Source: an uncultured virus (IMG/VR IMGVR_UViG_2822699256_000006)
Taxonomy: Duplodnaviria; Heunggongvirae; Uroviricota; Caudoviricetes
DNA length: 64,000 bases
Direction: 5' to 3' (one strand)
Virus record (IMG/VR): IMGVR_UViG_2822699256_000006
Positions 38,577-49,130 of this stretch are shown piece after piece. The notes below the pieces were generated by a model. That model worked only from the letters and a program-made list of their open reading frames with translations, did no database searches and was not told where the DNA came from. The position numbers and the translations under genes are program-made. The stretch's first letter is position 1; each line of letters opens with the position of its first letter.

Positions 38577-39662
38577 ATGGCAAGGCCGTTACAAAATAAA
38601 GTGAATCGTGATGATGTTTATAAAGAAGTAGCTAAAGAGATAGAGTTGTCTCCTAATGGAGAGGCTGAAATATCTTCTTCTAATTTAGCTGATAAGTTTG
38701 GTGTACAAGGTCCAACTATGGATTATCATTTAAATGTTTTAGTTAAGAATGGTGCACTTATTCTTTCAGATAAAAGAGGTAAATATAATAAGAAAATATT
38801 TAAATTGCCTTCAGATACTAACGAAATCGAAAATAAGAATGATGCTAAAGCAGATGTTCATATTCCATTTCAATCTAAAGAATCTCAAGAAAAATTTAAT
38901 AATTTCATAGAACAGTACAAGAAGAAAAATAAGGCTAAAAATAATGAAGCAGCTGAAGCTAAAGAAGATCAGAAAGATGCAGTGCAAGAAAATAAAGCAA
39001 TTGAACAACAAGAAGATGAATTGATTGCTAATAATCCTGGAAAGTATCTAACTAATGTCTTTACACCGGTTCAAACTGAAGAAGTAGAAGAACCGAAAAA
39101 AGTAAAAGAGCCTGAAGAAGTTGAAGAAATTGAGGTTTCTGAAGCTAAAGAATCTACTCCAGTGCATACAGTAGATGCAGCTAACTTTGAAATAAAAGAG
39201 TTAACACTAGATCAAAAAATAGAGAAATTTTTAGATAAAACAAATCAAATTCATAACGCTGAAGAGCTATTAAGTCATCAAGATAAAGAAATCTTATCTG
39301 TAATGAATGAAACTATTCAACAGAATATGGTTTATTTAAAAGATTTATCTGAACAGCTAACTACAGTTAATAATAAGCAACTTATTCAACACTTAATCGA
39401 TGATCGTAATAGATTGAATAGCGAAGTTGAAAAGCTTCAAAAAGAACTAGAAGAAGCTAGGAAACAATCTCAACAGACTGTAGAAAAATATGAAATAGAT
39501 CCAAATAGAGTACGCTTTATGCAGCAAATGATTTTTGATACATTAGATAATTATGTGAATCAACAAAACCATGCGTTAGCACTAGGAAGGATTCCTTTCA
39601 GAAACAAAATATCTAAAGAAGTTAATGATTTAGTTAAATACACTTTACGCTTAGAAAAATAA
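38577..39662 (+). CDS. N-terminal HTH protein with acidic linker and coiled coil
   Basis: SSSNLADKFGVQGPTMDYHLNVLVKNG. Confidence 0.7.
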   Translation: MARPLQNKVNRDDVYKEVAKEIELSPNGEAEISSSNLADKFGVQGPTMDYHLNVLVKNGALILSDKRGKYNKKIFKLPSDTNEIENKNDAKADVHIPFQSKESQEKFNNFIEQYKKKNKAKNNEAAEAKEDQKDAVQENKAIEQQEDELIANNPGKYLTNVFTPVQTEEVEEPKKVKEPEEVEEIEVSEAKESTPVHTVDAANFEIKELTLDQKIEKFLDKTNQIHNAEELLSHQDKEILSVMNETIQQNMVYLKDLSEQLTTVNNKQLIQHLIDDRNRLNSEVEKLQKELEEARKQSQQTVEKYEIDPNRVRFMQQMIFDTLDNYVNQQNHALALGRIPFRNKISKEVNDLVKYTLRLEK

Positions 39663-39728
39663 TTATTAAAGAGCTTTGAGTAAACTTCTCAGGCTCTTTA
39701 ATAGCTTTTAATGTTCTAAATAATCTTT

Positions 39729-39751
39729 CTCCCTCCGGGAGCTGTATATAG
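39729..39751 (+). promoter_or_regulatory. C-TCC-G hairpin + TGT box, copy 8
   Basis: ctccc-tcc-gggag, c, tgtatatag. Confidence 0.75.
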
Positions 39752-39784
39752 AAATATATTGTAAAACTAAGGAGGATATGCAAA

Positions 39785-41155
39785 ATGACAAGATATCCAG
39801 ATGACTTCAAAGAATATCTAAAAGAAACTGCACCGATGCACGAAGTCATCAATTCAATCGTTGGTAATGTGCAACAGTCTGGAGTAAACTATGTTACATA
39901 CTGTCCTTTTCATAAAGATGATAAACCAAGCTTAATGATTAAACCTGACACAAATACATGGTCATGTTTAGGTTGCGGAGCTGGAAGTAGATATCATAGC
40001 ACAGCAACTGCTTCTGATGTTTATGGTTTTTTAAAAGGGTATTATAATCATAATATGACACAAAGTATAGAATGGTTGGCCAAGTTTTTAAATGTATCTC
40101 TACCAGTTCTAGATTCAAAACAGCAGTATAAGATTAATCAGCATCAATGGTGGCATTCTAAATGTTTAGATACTCAAAATAGATTTACACAAAATCTTTT
40201 AAAAAATATTGATGCTTATAAATATTTACGTAATCGTGGGATTGATGATATGGATATTCAAGTTTGGCAAATTGGTTTTGGAGATGCAGAAGAGGTTGAA
40301 TTCGTGAATACAAAGGCTAAAATAACTTTTGCGATTCACGATTATCAAGGTAATATCGTTTCATTTACAGGTCGAGTTCCATTTGGTTCAGATGTATTAG
40401 CTGAATTGAATAAAAAACAAAAAGCAGAAGAGAAACGCATTACACCTAAATATGACCATCGTTATCCACTTACAGAAAAATTTGTAGAGAAGTCTTATAT
40501 TCAAAATCATCCGTTTCCTGAATTTGATCGCAATGCATACTTATATGGTATTGCTCATGCCAAGTCTTATATTAATCAATGGAAGTCTGCTACTTTAGTT
40601 GAAGGTTTTACTGATGTAATTCAAATGCATAAGTATGGCATTAGAAACACTGTAGCGTCTCTAGGAACGTCTTTAAGTGACCAGCAAGTGTTAATGCTTA
40701 AACGTGCTGGAGCGAAGCGTGTGCTCCTTATGAGAGATGGTGATGAAGCTGGATTCAAAGCAATGGAAAGAGATGCATTAGTTTGTATGAAGCATGGATT
40801 AATAGTTGAAGTTTGTCCGCTTCCTGAAGGGCATGACCCTGATACATTATGTCAGTCATATCCTGTATTAGATGATTCTTTATCTAAGTTTATACAAAAG
40901 AAAACACGCACACTTACACAATGGAGAGTTGAAAGAATCTATAGAGAAAACCAGGAAGAGATGTTATATCATTATTCTCGTATTGGCGAAATTCAAGATC
41001 ATAGAATCGATAAAGTGATTTCTCTTTTAGTAGATGAACAGGATCCGGTGCAACAAGACATATTAATTAGGCAGTATGCTGATTTATTTACTGTATCTTA
41101 TGAGGCATTGCGAATGAAGATAAACATGTGTCAACGTGATACTACTGCGTGTTAA
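39785..41155 (+). CDS. dnaG: DnaG-like primase (CHC2 zinc finger + TOPRIM)
   Basis: CPFHKDDKPS...CLGC, YLRNRGI, FTGR, LVEGFTDV, SLGT, DGDEAG, DPD. Confidence 0.9.
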   Translation: MTRYPDDFKEYLKETAPMHEVINSIVGNVQQSGVNYVTYCPFHKDDKPSLMIKPDTNTWSCLGCGAGSRYHSTATASDVYGFLKGYYNHNMTQSIEWLAKFLNVSLPVLDSKQQYKINQHQWWHSKCLDTQNRFTQNLLKNIDAYKYLRNRGIDDMDIQVWQIGFGDAEEVEFVNTKAKITFAIHDYQGNIVSFTGRVPFGSDVLAELNKKQKAEEKRITPKYDHRYPLTEKFVEKSYIQNHPFPEFDRNAYLYGIAHAKSYINQWKSATLVEGFTDVIQMHKYGIRNTVASLGTSLSDQQVLMLKRAGAKRVLLMRDGDEAGFKAMERDALVCMKHGLIVEVCPLPEGHDPDTLCQSYPVLDDSLSKFIQKKTRTLTQWRVERIYRENQEEMLYHYSRIGEIQDHRIDKVISLLVDEQDPVQQDILIRQYADLFTVSYEALRMKINMCQRDTTAC

Positions 41156-41178
41156 AAATATTAAAAGGTGGAATAAAC

Positions 41179-41904
41179 ATGGCTTACAACAATAATAAAG
41201 GTGGAAACTATAATAATTTTGATTTAAATAACTATGAAACTGTAAAGTCTCGTAAAACTCGTTTACGTAATGACCATCCCGATTCAATTATCTATCCGTT
41301 ACCTTTATCTGATATTAATTATGCTAATAACTATGTATTAATAGGAGCGCTAATTTGGAAAGATAAAAAGACCTTTGATTCTTTGCAAATTGAAACAATA
41401 GAGAAGATGACACAATTAGCTGCTACGACAACACCACAAAATGCAGGTATGGTCATGGCTTCAATCGGGATTGCTGCAAAAGCAGATGGCGTAGGTTATT
41501 CACTTTCTATTGCAGGTGGAAAAGGCGCTGATAAAAATGCTTGGGTAGAAAATGCTGAAGAATCTGCTATTGGACGTGCATTAGATAATATGGGATATCA
41601 CTCTGGATCCGCATCACAAGAAGAGATGAAGAAAGTTCAGCATATGCAAGAAGTACAACAAGAGAGAGTGCAACTTGAAAACCAAGTTAATGCACTGTAT
41701 ACGCAATTAATGGCACAAGGTCATAATGTAAATTACATTAATAATATTGTCCAACAATCTGTTGGTCAGTTTACTCATCTTAATAACTTATCTATTGATC
41801 AGTTAAATACTTTAGTAACTTCTTTAAATTCTATATCAGGTGGATCTGTTCCAATGGGACAACCGGCACCTGTTCCAACACCTAATATGGGGGCTGGGCG
41901 ATGA
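41179..41904 (+). CDS. Rad52/Sak-like single-strand annealing protein (putative)
   Basis: YETVKSR...HPD...ENAEESAIGRALDNMG. Confidence 0.55.
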   Translation: MAYNNNKGGNYNNFDLNNYETVKSRKTRLRNDHPDSIIYPLPLSDINYANNYVLIGALIWKDKKTFDSLQIETIEKMTQLAATTTPQNAGMVMASIGIAAKADGVGYSLSIAGGKGADKNAWVENAEESAIGRALDNMGYHSGSASQEEMKKVQHMQEVQQERVQLENQVNALYTQLMAQGHNVNYINNIVQQSVGQFTHLNNLSIDQLNTLVTSLNSISGGSVPMGQPAPVPTPNMGAGR

Positions 41905-42056
41905 GCGAACAATTATTATGTGGGCATTGCGGAAAACCAAATTGGTCACAATGGTTCAATACATGTGAATGTCAAAAACCTGATTTCCGTTTCAAAAGTA
42001 TCTATGAATATGAAGAATATCAAATTAAAAAAGAACAACAAAATAAAGAAAAATAG
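41901..42056 (+). CDS. 51-aa Cys-rich protein (not in ORF track)
   Basis: ATGA overlap; MSEQLLCGHCGKPNWSQWFNTCEC... Confidence 0.55.
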   Translation: MSEQLLCGHCGKPNWSQWFNTCECQKPDFRFKSIYEYEEYQIKKEQQNKEK

Positions 42057-42083
42057 ATTCATAAAAAGTATTTCTTATGAAAA

Positions 42084-42112
42084 TTGCCTTCTATCATATT
42101 TTTATGTATAAT
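42084..42112 (+). promoter_or_regulatory. sigma-A-like promoter
   Basis: TTGCCT-17-TATAAT. Confidence 0.6.
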
Positions 42113-42145
42113 AAACCTACGGAAAGATTGATAGGAGGTTATTTT

Positions 42146-42715
42146 ATGAGTAGCGCAAAAGATAGAATGAGAAATATACATAGACAGAAAAACACAGTTA
42201 ACACGGTACCGCCGGTTAAGATTGATAAGGCACCAGCAAAAATTGTTCAACAACAGGTTCAACAACAAGTACAGGAAGAAGTTGCTGCAACAACAGCTGA
42301 AGAAACTTTAATGAATGATGCTTTAGATATGAAAAAACAAATGAGTGATGCCTTAGAGGACTATGAAGCACAAGTTGTTTTTAGACCTAAAAAACATATA
42401 GTAGTAGAAGGAAGAAAAATTCCTAAAAAAGTGGCTTTATTCGCTCGTGAAGAAGGAATTGTAAATGGTTCTTATGGAAGCAAAAGACTACAAACAAGCT
42501 TTGATTGTGCGAACAAGGAAGTCCATCAATGGGCAAAAAGCTTTACTACTGAAAATCAATTTAATGGTGGTTGCTCTATTACAAAATCAGATCTAATTGA
42601 AATATGCTTAGATACATTTTTCTATGACTTAGGAATTGAGCCAGTTGGCTATGAAACTTATGCAGAATTCCGAGAGGATATCTGGAGAAAAATGAAGGAA
42701 TTTAAAGGCAAATAG
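42146..42715 (+). CDS. hypothetical protein (possible C-terminal ribbon-helix-helix)
   Basis: AGGAGG RBS; ITKSDLIEICLD. Confidence 0.65.
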   Translation: MSSAKDRMRNIHRQKNTVNTVPPVKIDKAPAKIVQQQVQQQVQEEVAATTAEETLMNDALDMKKQMSDALEDYEAQVVFRPKKHIVVEGRKIPKKVALFAREEGIVNGSYGSKRLQTSFDCANKEVHQWAKSFTTENQFNGGCSITKSDLIEICLDTFFYDLGIEPVGYETYAEFREDIWRKMKEFKGK

Positions 42716-42718
42716 AAG

Positions 42719-42746
42719 AATCTGCAAAATACTTGCAGATTTTTTT
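42719..42746 (+). terminator. intrinsic terminator
   Basis: aatctgcaa...ttgcagatt followed by a T-run. Confidence 0.7.
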
Positions 42747-42764
42747 ATTTGCCTTTAAGGATCA

Positions 42765-42787
42765 TGCTATAATTGTAGTGCATTACA
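42765..42787 (+). promoter_or_regulatory. extended -10 promoter with abutting operator
   Basis: TGcTATAAT then tgtagtgcattaca at 42774-42787. Confidence 0.7.
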
Positions 42788-42794
42788 CAGGAGG

Positions 42795-43226
42795 GTGAAT
42801 TTTATTATGGAACTTGTTACTTTATATAATGCTAATAGACATCCAGTTGATTTAAATAATATAGATACTCAAACTTTTCACAAGCTAAAGAGGAATGGCT
42901 GGTATACAGATTCTAGGACGAATCTAAAGTTTACTATGCTTAATAAACGTATCAAACACGATAATAAATGGTATCGAGTGCTAGTTCGCTTTGGCACACA
43001 AGGAAAAGATCATTTGTATAGAAATACATTTCAATTGAGCTCACCTTGTCCTTTTTTAATTACTGAATGTATTCCTATGGATGAAAAACATGAAAAATGG
43101 AAAGACGTTAAAACATATCATGGCCCTAAAATGGGGTCAGTATCTGGATATCTACAAAACGGGCTTCCTTATGAAGTTATTAATGAAGTAAATGAAGATC
43201 TAGTAGAATATATTGTTTATGCTTAA
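42795..43226 (+). CDS. hypothetical protein
   Basis: AGGAGG RBS; start may be 42807. Confidence 0.65.
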   Translation: MNFIMELVTLYNANRHPVDLNNIDTQTFHKLKRNGWYTDSRTNLKFTMLNKRIKHDNKWYRVLVRFGTQGKDHLYRNTFQLSSPCPFLITECIPMDEKHEKWKDVKTYHGPKMGSVSGYLQNGLPYEVINEVNEDLVEYIVYA

Positions 43227-43244
43227 TAGAAGGAGAGAGAAGAG

Positions 43245-44633
43245 ATGGATACCCTTAAAATCAATGAACCTTTATCTGAATATACAACAAGAATATTAAG
43301 AAGTTATTTAAAGTTTCCTGAAGGAGCAAGCTTCACTGCAATGGATTGGAAAGCATTTAATGGACAATTTCTGCATCAATTAACATCTGCAGTTAGAGAT
43401 AATCGAAAATTATATGGTGTATCTTCTGACTATTATGGTTGCGATACAATGAAGAATGAATATGGCTTTGAAAGGGCAATTTGCTCAGATTATAAAAGTG
43501 AAGCAAAAATCACAAATGATGTTTTCTCACTTATGGTGGTAAATCCAAATATAGATCGTAGATTAGTTAATGAGATTTTTGAACAAGTTGATCCTTATAA
43601 TATGCCAGATTTTGAAGCTGATGCTCGAGCTTATGTTAGAAGACAAGAAGAAGAAAAAAACAGGCTTCAGAATCAATTAAAGAACCAAATAGATTTCGGT
43701 AAGCTAGATGAACACAATAGAAGTGCTGAGTCTGCAAATAGTGAATCTGAACAAGAAAAAGAAGCAAAAATAGAACTTAAAATTCGTAAAGAACTAGAAA
43801 ACCGCATTAAGACTTGGAGAATGGCTATGAAGCAACAACAAAAAGCTATGGCCAATATGAGATATGATACGTTTCTTTTACAACGTGCAACTACATATTT
43901 ACGTCCAGGTGGTATTTTAGTATTCATTACACCAAAAGAATTCATAGACGATACAATCACTTTTAAATTAGTAAATCAGTATGAGGATATTAGAATTATA
44001 AGACTAGATGATGAAGAATATCCTGATTATAGAAAGTGCATTGTGCTTGCTAAAAAGAGAAGAAAAGCTACACGAGAACAATATGAATTAGGTAGATTAT
44101 TATCTCGAACGAAAGAAAAGCCATTTAGAACATTTGGACATGTTCGTGAGGTAACTGCTACTGATGAAGATAGAAGATTACAGCAGGAACTCTTAGCGCA
44201 AGTGGATGCTATGTACAGCGTATTAGATTTCCAAAGCACTCCATTGTATGAGGTTCCTATAAGTGAAGCAGAGGAAATCAATTCATTCCGTGTTGGACCT
44301 GTAACAGCAAAAGAAGCATTAGAAGCTATTAATAAATCGAAGGTTCTTTCTTCTTATCAAGAGACTTACTCTCAGACGACAAATATGAAGAATCCAGTTG
44401 CTCCAACACCGCTTCATAAGGGACACATTATGTTACTTTTAACTAGTGGTTTGCTAAATGGTTACATTGGTAAAGGAGTAAATCAGCATTTAGTTAAAGG
44501 AAGTGCGATTAAAGATATTCATGAGTTTTCAGAAGTTGAAGAAGATGGCACATCAAAAATAGTAGAACGTGAATTTTATAATATTGGAGTTAAATTGCTT
44601 GATAGTAACGGTGAATTTCGAAAGATAATGTAA
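43245..44633 (+). CDS. class I SAM methyltransferase-like (DUF6094-like) protein, degenerate
   Basis: FSLMVVNP, FLLQRATTYLRPGGILVFITP, PLHKGHIMLLLTSGLLNG, HLVKG. Confidence 0.65.
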   Translation: MDTLKINEPLSEYTTRILRSYLKFPEGASFTAMDWKAFNGQFLHQLTSAVRDNRKLYGVSSDYYGCDTMKNEYGFERAICSDYKSEAKITNDVFSLMVVNPNIDRRLVNEIFEQVDPYNMPDFEADARAYVRRQEEEKNRLQNQLKNQIDFGKLDEHNRSAESANSESEQEKEAKIELKIRKELENRIKTWRMAMKQQQKAMANMRYDTFLLQRATTYLRPGGILVFITPKEFIDDTITFKLVNQYEDIRIIRLDDEEYPDYRKCIVLAKKRRKATREQYELGRLLSRTKEKPFRTFGHVREVTATDEDRRLQQELLAQVDAMYSVLDFQSTPLYEVPISEAEEINSFRVGPVTAKEALEAINKSKVLSSYQETYSQTTNMKNPVAPTPLHKGHIMLLLTSGLLNGYIGKGVNQHLVKGSAIKDIHEFSEVEEDGTSKIVEREFYNIGVKLLDSNGEFRKIM

Positions 44634-44647
44634 GGAGGTAACATGTA

Positions 44648-47600
44648 ATGTCAGACTTTAAAAGTAATGAAATCTATACATTAGAAATGTATCATAGAAA
44701 CACAAACTCAAATGTTGCTTATTGTGATTTATTAGTTTTGGATAGTCATAATACAATTCATTTAGCTAATATTATTGGCCAAGATTCAAAGGTAAAACAA
44801 GTTGCTTGGTTAATGCAAGAGGGGAAGGTTGGTCAAATCCGCCGTGCCGAGGGTCCTCATTATGAACAAGGACATCAAAAACATTCTGTATATTCTATTG
44901 CTGATAGAAAAGCTTGCTATGATGAGTATTCTGGTAAATCTGATGATTTAACACATACATTATTAATCTCAAAGAATGCAAAACTTGATTTGAAAGTTCG
45001 TAAAGAATGGTTCAAAGACGAAGAGAAGCGCATTGCAGATGGCAATGAGCCAAGAAAAATGCCAGCAGAATTAGCTGAGTTAATCTTAGCTTGGGATGGA
45101 GATTATAAAGCACAAATCTTTGAAGTTCTTAATGATAGATACAATACGCCAATGCTTGAAGAATGGGCTGATTATATTATTAATGCTTTAGAAGAAAACG
45201 GTGGATATGAAGCATTATCTGTAAAATGTTATGGATCAGATTATGATTTAAAAGCTGGCTTATTACGTGTTACCGAACAAGAATTAGAATCTATCATTAC
45301 AGATGGTATTCAAAGTTATGAATTAGAGTTTGCAGTTGAAGAAGATGATACAGTAGAACCTATATTAGATAAATGCCAAACTACTGATGATTACTTAACA
45401 CACTTTGCTGCTGAATTAGGTCAGCGTATCCAGGAGAATGTAAAGGTATGCTTTGATCCAGCTGAACAGAAGCATCATCCTGCTTTTTATGATGTAAACT
45501 TGCAAGCAAATGAACAAGGGATAACAGGTTTATATCCACCTCAAGCCAATACTATTATGGGGATTGTTAATACTCTTTCAACAGAAGCCTTTTGCTTTTT
45601 AATTGGGGAAATGGGTACAGGTAAAACAGTGCAAGGGGCGATTATTCCTTATATTACTGAAGCTTCTATTCAAAATGTAGAACATAATCCTAAGCCGCAG
45701 CGTGTCATTGTTCTATCTCCAAGTATCATGGTTGAGAAATGGGCAAGGGAAATTAGAGAACGTATTCCTAATTGTAAAACTCATATGATTAATCATTGGA
45801 CTGATGTGAAAAAGATAGAAGATGCGAATGTATTTATTGATAGTAAAGGAAAGCGCAAATTTAAAAAGCCTGAACAGTGGGAGTATTACATTATTAGTTC
45901 TGAGCTTTCTAAATTTACATTTCCACTGGAGCCAATTAAAGATTGGAGAACAAAGAAAGATGACATGACACTCTACCATGTGGATGAAGTAGATCCTGAG
46001 CAAACAAAATTCATTTCTCGTACAGTCTTTCATGAAGATGGTACAACTGAGAGAGTAAAAGAACGTGTTGTGAAACCTGAATATAAAGTTAGATTTGAAA
46101 AAACATACATTCAAAACCCAGAGTCTGGCGATACAAGACAAGTTTTAACATGCGGGGATACAGGTTTTTATTGCCCAAAATGTGGTGGTATTTTAAAAGG
46201 ACGTGGCGATAAAGTAGCAGGCGAAAACTTCTTTGGTCGATTTAACAAAAGCTCTGAAAGATTCGTTAAAAACATGACAAAAGAGAATCTTGTTTGTCGT
46301 AATGATGTAGATACAAGCACATTGCCAAAATCAGAAGTGAAAGAGTGGGTTTTAGATACATTAACACAACGATATGTACCAGCAGAACCAACACAGGAAT
46401 GTGGGTATGTGTTATGGCAACCAGAAAAGTTACCAGTAGATTCTGGATATAGAAAAGTATCACCTATTTGGTACATTAACAAAAGATTACCTCGTGGCTT
46501 CTTTAAATATTTAGTTGCCGATGAAGTTCATGAATATAAATCTGGTGATAGCGCAATTGGACAAGCATTCGGTCAATTGATTAATCATACAGAGAAACAA
46601 ATTTTACTTACTGGTACATTAATGGGTGGTATGTCTCGTGATGTCTTCTATTTATTAGCAAGACTTAATCCAAAACAATTGCTGAAAGAAAGTATTACTT
46701 ATTATGACGAAACAGTCTTTAATAAACGATATGGTATTTCTGAATTTAACACGAGAAGTATTGAAGGTAGATTGAAGAAAAATACACTGCAAAAGCCTGG
46801 TATTTCTCCTCATTTATTCCCAATTCATTTAATGGCCAATTGTGCATTTTTAGAACTAAATGATATGGGTTATGCATTACCTCCATATGAGGAAATTCCT
46901 GTGGTTGTAGATATGTCAGAAGAGCATGCGTTAGCTTATAATTCACTTGCTAAAGATATGCTTACTACAATTAGAAGTGAAGACGACTTAAAAGGCATGG
47001 CTAGTGTTTCTACATTTATGAATGCTATGTATCAGTACGCTGATGCTCCATTTAACGTTCCTGAAATTTCAACATACAACTCAGAAGGTAAGCAGTTTGT
47101 ATTAGGCGAACCACGTAATTTTGATACAAATGAATTCATGCCAGCTAAGTTACAACAACTTATCAATACCATTGATGAAGAAGTATATGTGCATGGCAGA
47201 AAGAATCTTGTTTATGTGAAATATACAGGAACAGAAGCTTGGAATCAGATGGATACTTACTTATATGATGAATTTAAAAAGCGTGGGTTTAAAGTAGGTA
47301 TTTTACGTAACGGCAGAAGCTATGATGGTATTAAGATGCCGAAGAACTCTCGCTCTCGTGAAGCTTGGCTACATGACATGATGGAAAAACATGATTGGGA
47401 TGTATTAATTACAAATCCTCGTCTAGTAAAAGTAGGTTTGGATTTGCTCGCATTCCCTAATATTCATTTCTTCCAATTAGATTATAGTACTTATGACTAT
47501 ATGCAAGCATCTAGAAGATCATGGAGATTAAAACAAACGAAAAATGTAAAAGTATTCACGTATGTTTATCGTGGGACAATTCAAGAAAAAGCATTAAATC

Positions 47601-48085
47601 TGATCGCTCGTAAGATTGATGCTGCTCTCGCTATGCAAGGTAAGTTTTCAGAAGAAGGCTTACGTGCAATGGCTGATAGTGGTGATGGTATGAATGCATT
47701 AGCAAAACAATTAATGCAAGATGATGTACTAGAAGAACTTGATACTGTTCATGATATATTCGCTCGTAAGAATCAATCTTTCGAAGAGATGCAGTCTGTT
47801 GAATTCCAAGATTACGATGGATATATAATGAATCCAATTGAGGGCGGAATGGATACAGTTCGCAAGATTGCACAAGGGCTTATTACTCATGTTGAAGAAG
47901 AAGAGAAAGCTGGCCGAGCAACAAACGAAGATGTTCGACGTACAAAAGAAACAGTCTCTGACTATCTTGATATGTTTGATAATGTCCTGAAGCAGGTTGA
48001 TAACATTCGAGAATACAATAAAGGTGTTAGTAAAAATAAACAAGTTATTGAAGGACAACAAGCATTAGACCTCTTTGCTTTATAA
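44648..48085 (+). CDS. large SNF2-like/DExH helicase with zinc-ribbon insertion
   Basis: GEMGTGKT, ADEVHE, LTGTLMGG, VGLDL, QASRRSWR; CPKC insertion. Confidence 0.85.
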   Translation: MSDFKSNEIYTLEMYHRNTNSNVAYCDLLVLDSHNTIHLANIIGQDSKVKQVAWLMQEGKVGQIRRAEGPHYEQGHQKHSVYSIADRKACYDEYSGKSDDLTHTLLISKNAKLDLKVRKEWFKDEEKRIADGNEPRKMPAELAELILAWDGDYKAQIFEVLNDRYNTPMLEEWADYIINALEENGGYEALSVKCYGSDYDLKAGLLRVTEQELESIITDGIQSYELEFAVEEDDTVEPILDKCQTTDDYLTHFAAELGQRIQENVKVCFDPAEQKHHPAFYDVNLQANEQGITGLYPPQANTIMGIVNTLSTEAFCFLIGEMGTGKTVQGAIIPYITEASIQNVEHNPKPQRVIVLSPSIMVEKWAREIRERIPNCKTHMINHWTDVKKIEDANVFIDSKGKRKFKKPEQWEYYIISSELSKFTFPLEPIKDWRTKKDDMTLYHVDEVDPEQTKFISRTVFHEDGTTERVKERVVKPEYKVRFEKTYIQNPESGDTRQVLTCGDTGFYCPKCGGILKGRGDKVAGENFFGRFNKSSERFVKNMTKENLVCRNDVDTSTLPKSEVKEWVLDTLTQRYVPAEPTQECGYVLWQPEKLPVDSGYRKVSPIWYINKRLPRGFFKYLVADEVHEYKSGDSAIGQAFGQLINHTEKQILLTGTLMGGMSRDVFYLLARLNPKQLLKESITYYDETVFNKRYGISEFNTRSIEGRLKKNTLQKPGISPHLFPIHLMANCAFLELNDMGYALPPYEEIPVVVDMSEEHALAYNSLAKDMLTTIRSEDDLKGMASVSTFMNAMYQYADAPFNVPEISTYNSEGKQFVLGEPRNFDTNEFMPAKLQQLINTIDEEVYVHGRKNLVYVKYTGTEAWNQMDTYLYDEFKKRGFKVGILRNGRSYDGIKMPKNSRSREAWLHDMMEKHDWDVLITNPRLVKVGLDLLAFPNIHFFQLDYSTYDYMQASRRSWRLKQTKNVKVFTYVYRGTIQEKALNLIARKIDAALAMQGKFSEEGLRAMADSGDGMNALAKQLMQDDVLEELDTVHDIFARKNQSFEEMQSVEFQDYDGYIMNPIEGGMDTVRKIAQGLITHVEEEEKAGRATNEDVRRTKETVSDYLDMFDNVLKQVDNIREYNKGVSKNKQVIEGQQALDLFAL

Positions 48086-48118
48086 GAGTTCTAATGCATT
48101 TATTGGAGGTAATGAAAC

Positions 48119-48487
48119 ATGAGAGAGACTATTATTTTTCATGATTTTATTTTTGTTGATTGTGGACGTCAAAAGCCATATGAGCAAGGAAATAGATGTA
48201 TTGATTGGAAAGCTGTATTTCAATTTATAGAGGAAAATAAGAATGAAATTGAATCTGTTTCAGCCGGATTAGCTGAAGAATGGTATTCTACTTCAGCTAC
48301 AATTTACACAAAAGAAGATAGCTATGTAGATCCACATGAAATGGAAGCACATCTATCAAGTGATTGGGCTACACCTTCTATACATGTAGTTTATAAAAAT
48401 AAAATGATACAAAGTTTTGAAGTATGGGAGCTTGGGGAAGAGATCGCTAATCCCTACAATCCTCCAATTTATCAACTATTATATTAA
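48119..48487 (+). CDS. hypothetical protein
   Basis: GGAGGT RBS. Confidence 0.7.
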   Translation: MRETIIFHDFIFVDCGRQKPYEQGNRCIDWKAVFQFIEENKNEIESVSAGLAEEWYSTSATIYTKEDSYVDPHEMEAHLSSDWATPSIHVVYKNKMIQSFEVWELGEEIANPYNPPIYQLLY

Positions 48488-48501
48488 AAGGGGCGTTTAT
48501 A

Positions 48502-49074
48502 ATGATGAAAAAAATTACACCAGACACACTAGAAGCTATTATTGAACATACTGAGGCAATGCATAAACAAACTGAAGTATTACTAAATGTATCTTTAGAA
48601 TTAGATCAAGTTTATGCAGAAAACAAACATAAGGATGAATTGATTTCTCAGCTTAGCGACGACATTGAAAAAGCTACAGAACAAATAAAAGACTTAAAAA
48701 CAACATTATCCGAAGAACAAGATGACAATAGTGAAAAAGAAGAAGAAATACAAAAATTGAAATCAAGTACTGAAGATCTTCTTCACGATATAAAAGAACG
48801 TGATGAAACTATTGCTAAGTTAACTGGCAACAAAAATGAGCCTATTAACTTTGACGAATTTGCTAAGAAATTTATTACTATTAAATCAAGTGATGTAATT
48901 GAGTTTTTACCTGAAGAAGATCAAAAGAAATTAGGACAGCTATTAGACATAATTGCAGAAGGGCGAAAGGAAGCAGGAAAACAAGCGCATAATCAATATC
49001 TTACAATTAATGTAGATGAAGCATATTCTAATCAAGTTGCAAACATGATGAAAGCTCATAATCACTATAACTAA
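48502..49074 (+). CDS. coiled-coil hypothetical protein
   Basis: heptad-rich N-terminal half. Confidence 0.7.
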   Translation: MMKKITPDTLEAIIEHTEAMHKQTEVLLNVSLELDQVYAENKHKDELISQLSDDIEKATEQIKDLKTTLSEEQDDNSEKEEEIQKLKSSTEDLLHDIKERDETIAKLTGNKNEPINFDEFAKKFITIKSSDVIEFLPEEDQKKLGQLLDIIAEGRKEAGKQAHNQYLTINVDEAYSNQVANMMKAHNHYN

Positions 49075-49130
49075 GGTTAATTAAAACTATAAAATAATAA
49101 ATAAAAAAAAAGAATAAGGAGACTCATACA

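Noticed and set aside
41920..42111. 63-aa ORF from the track
   Set aside because: The overlapping frame 41901-42056 has an ATGA coupling and a Cys motif and is more plausible.
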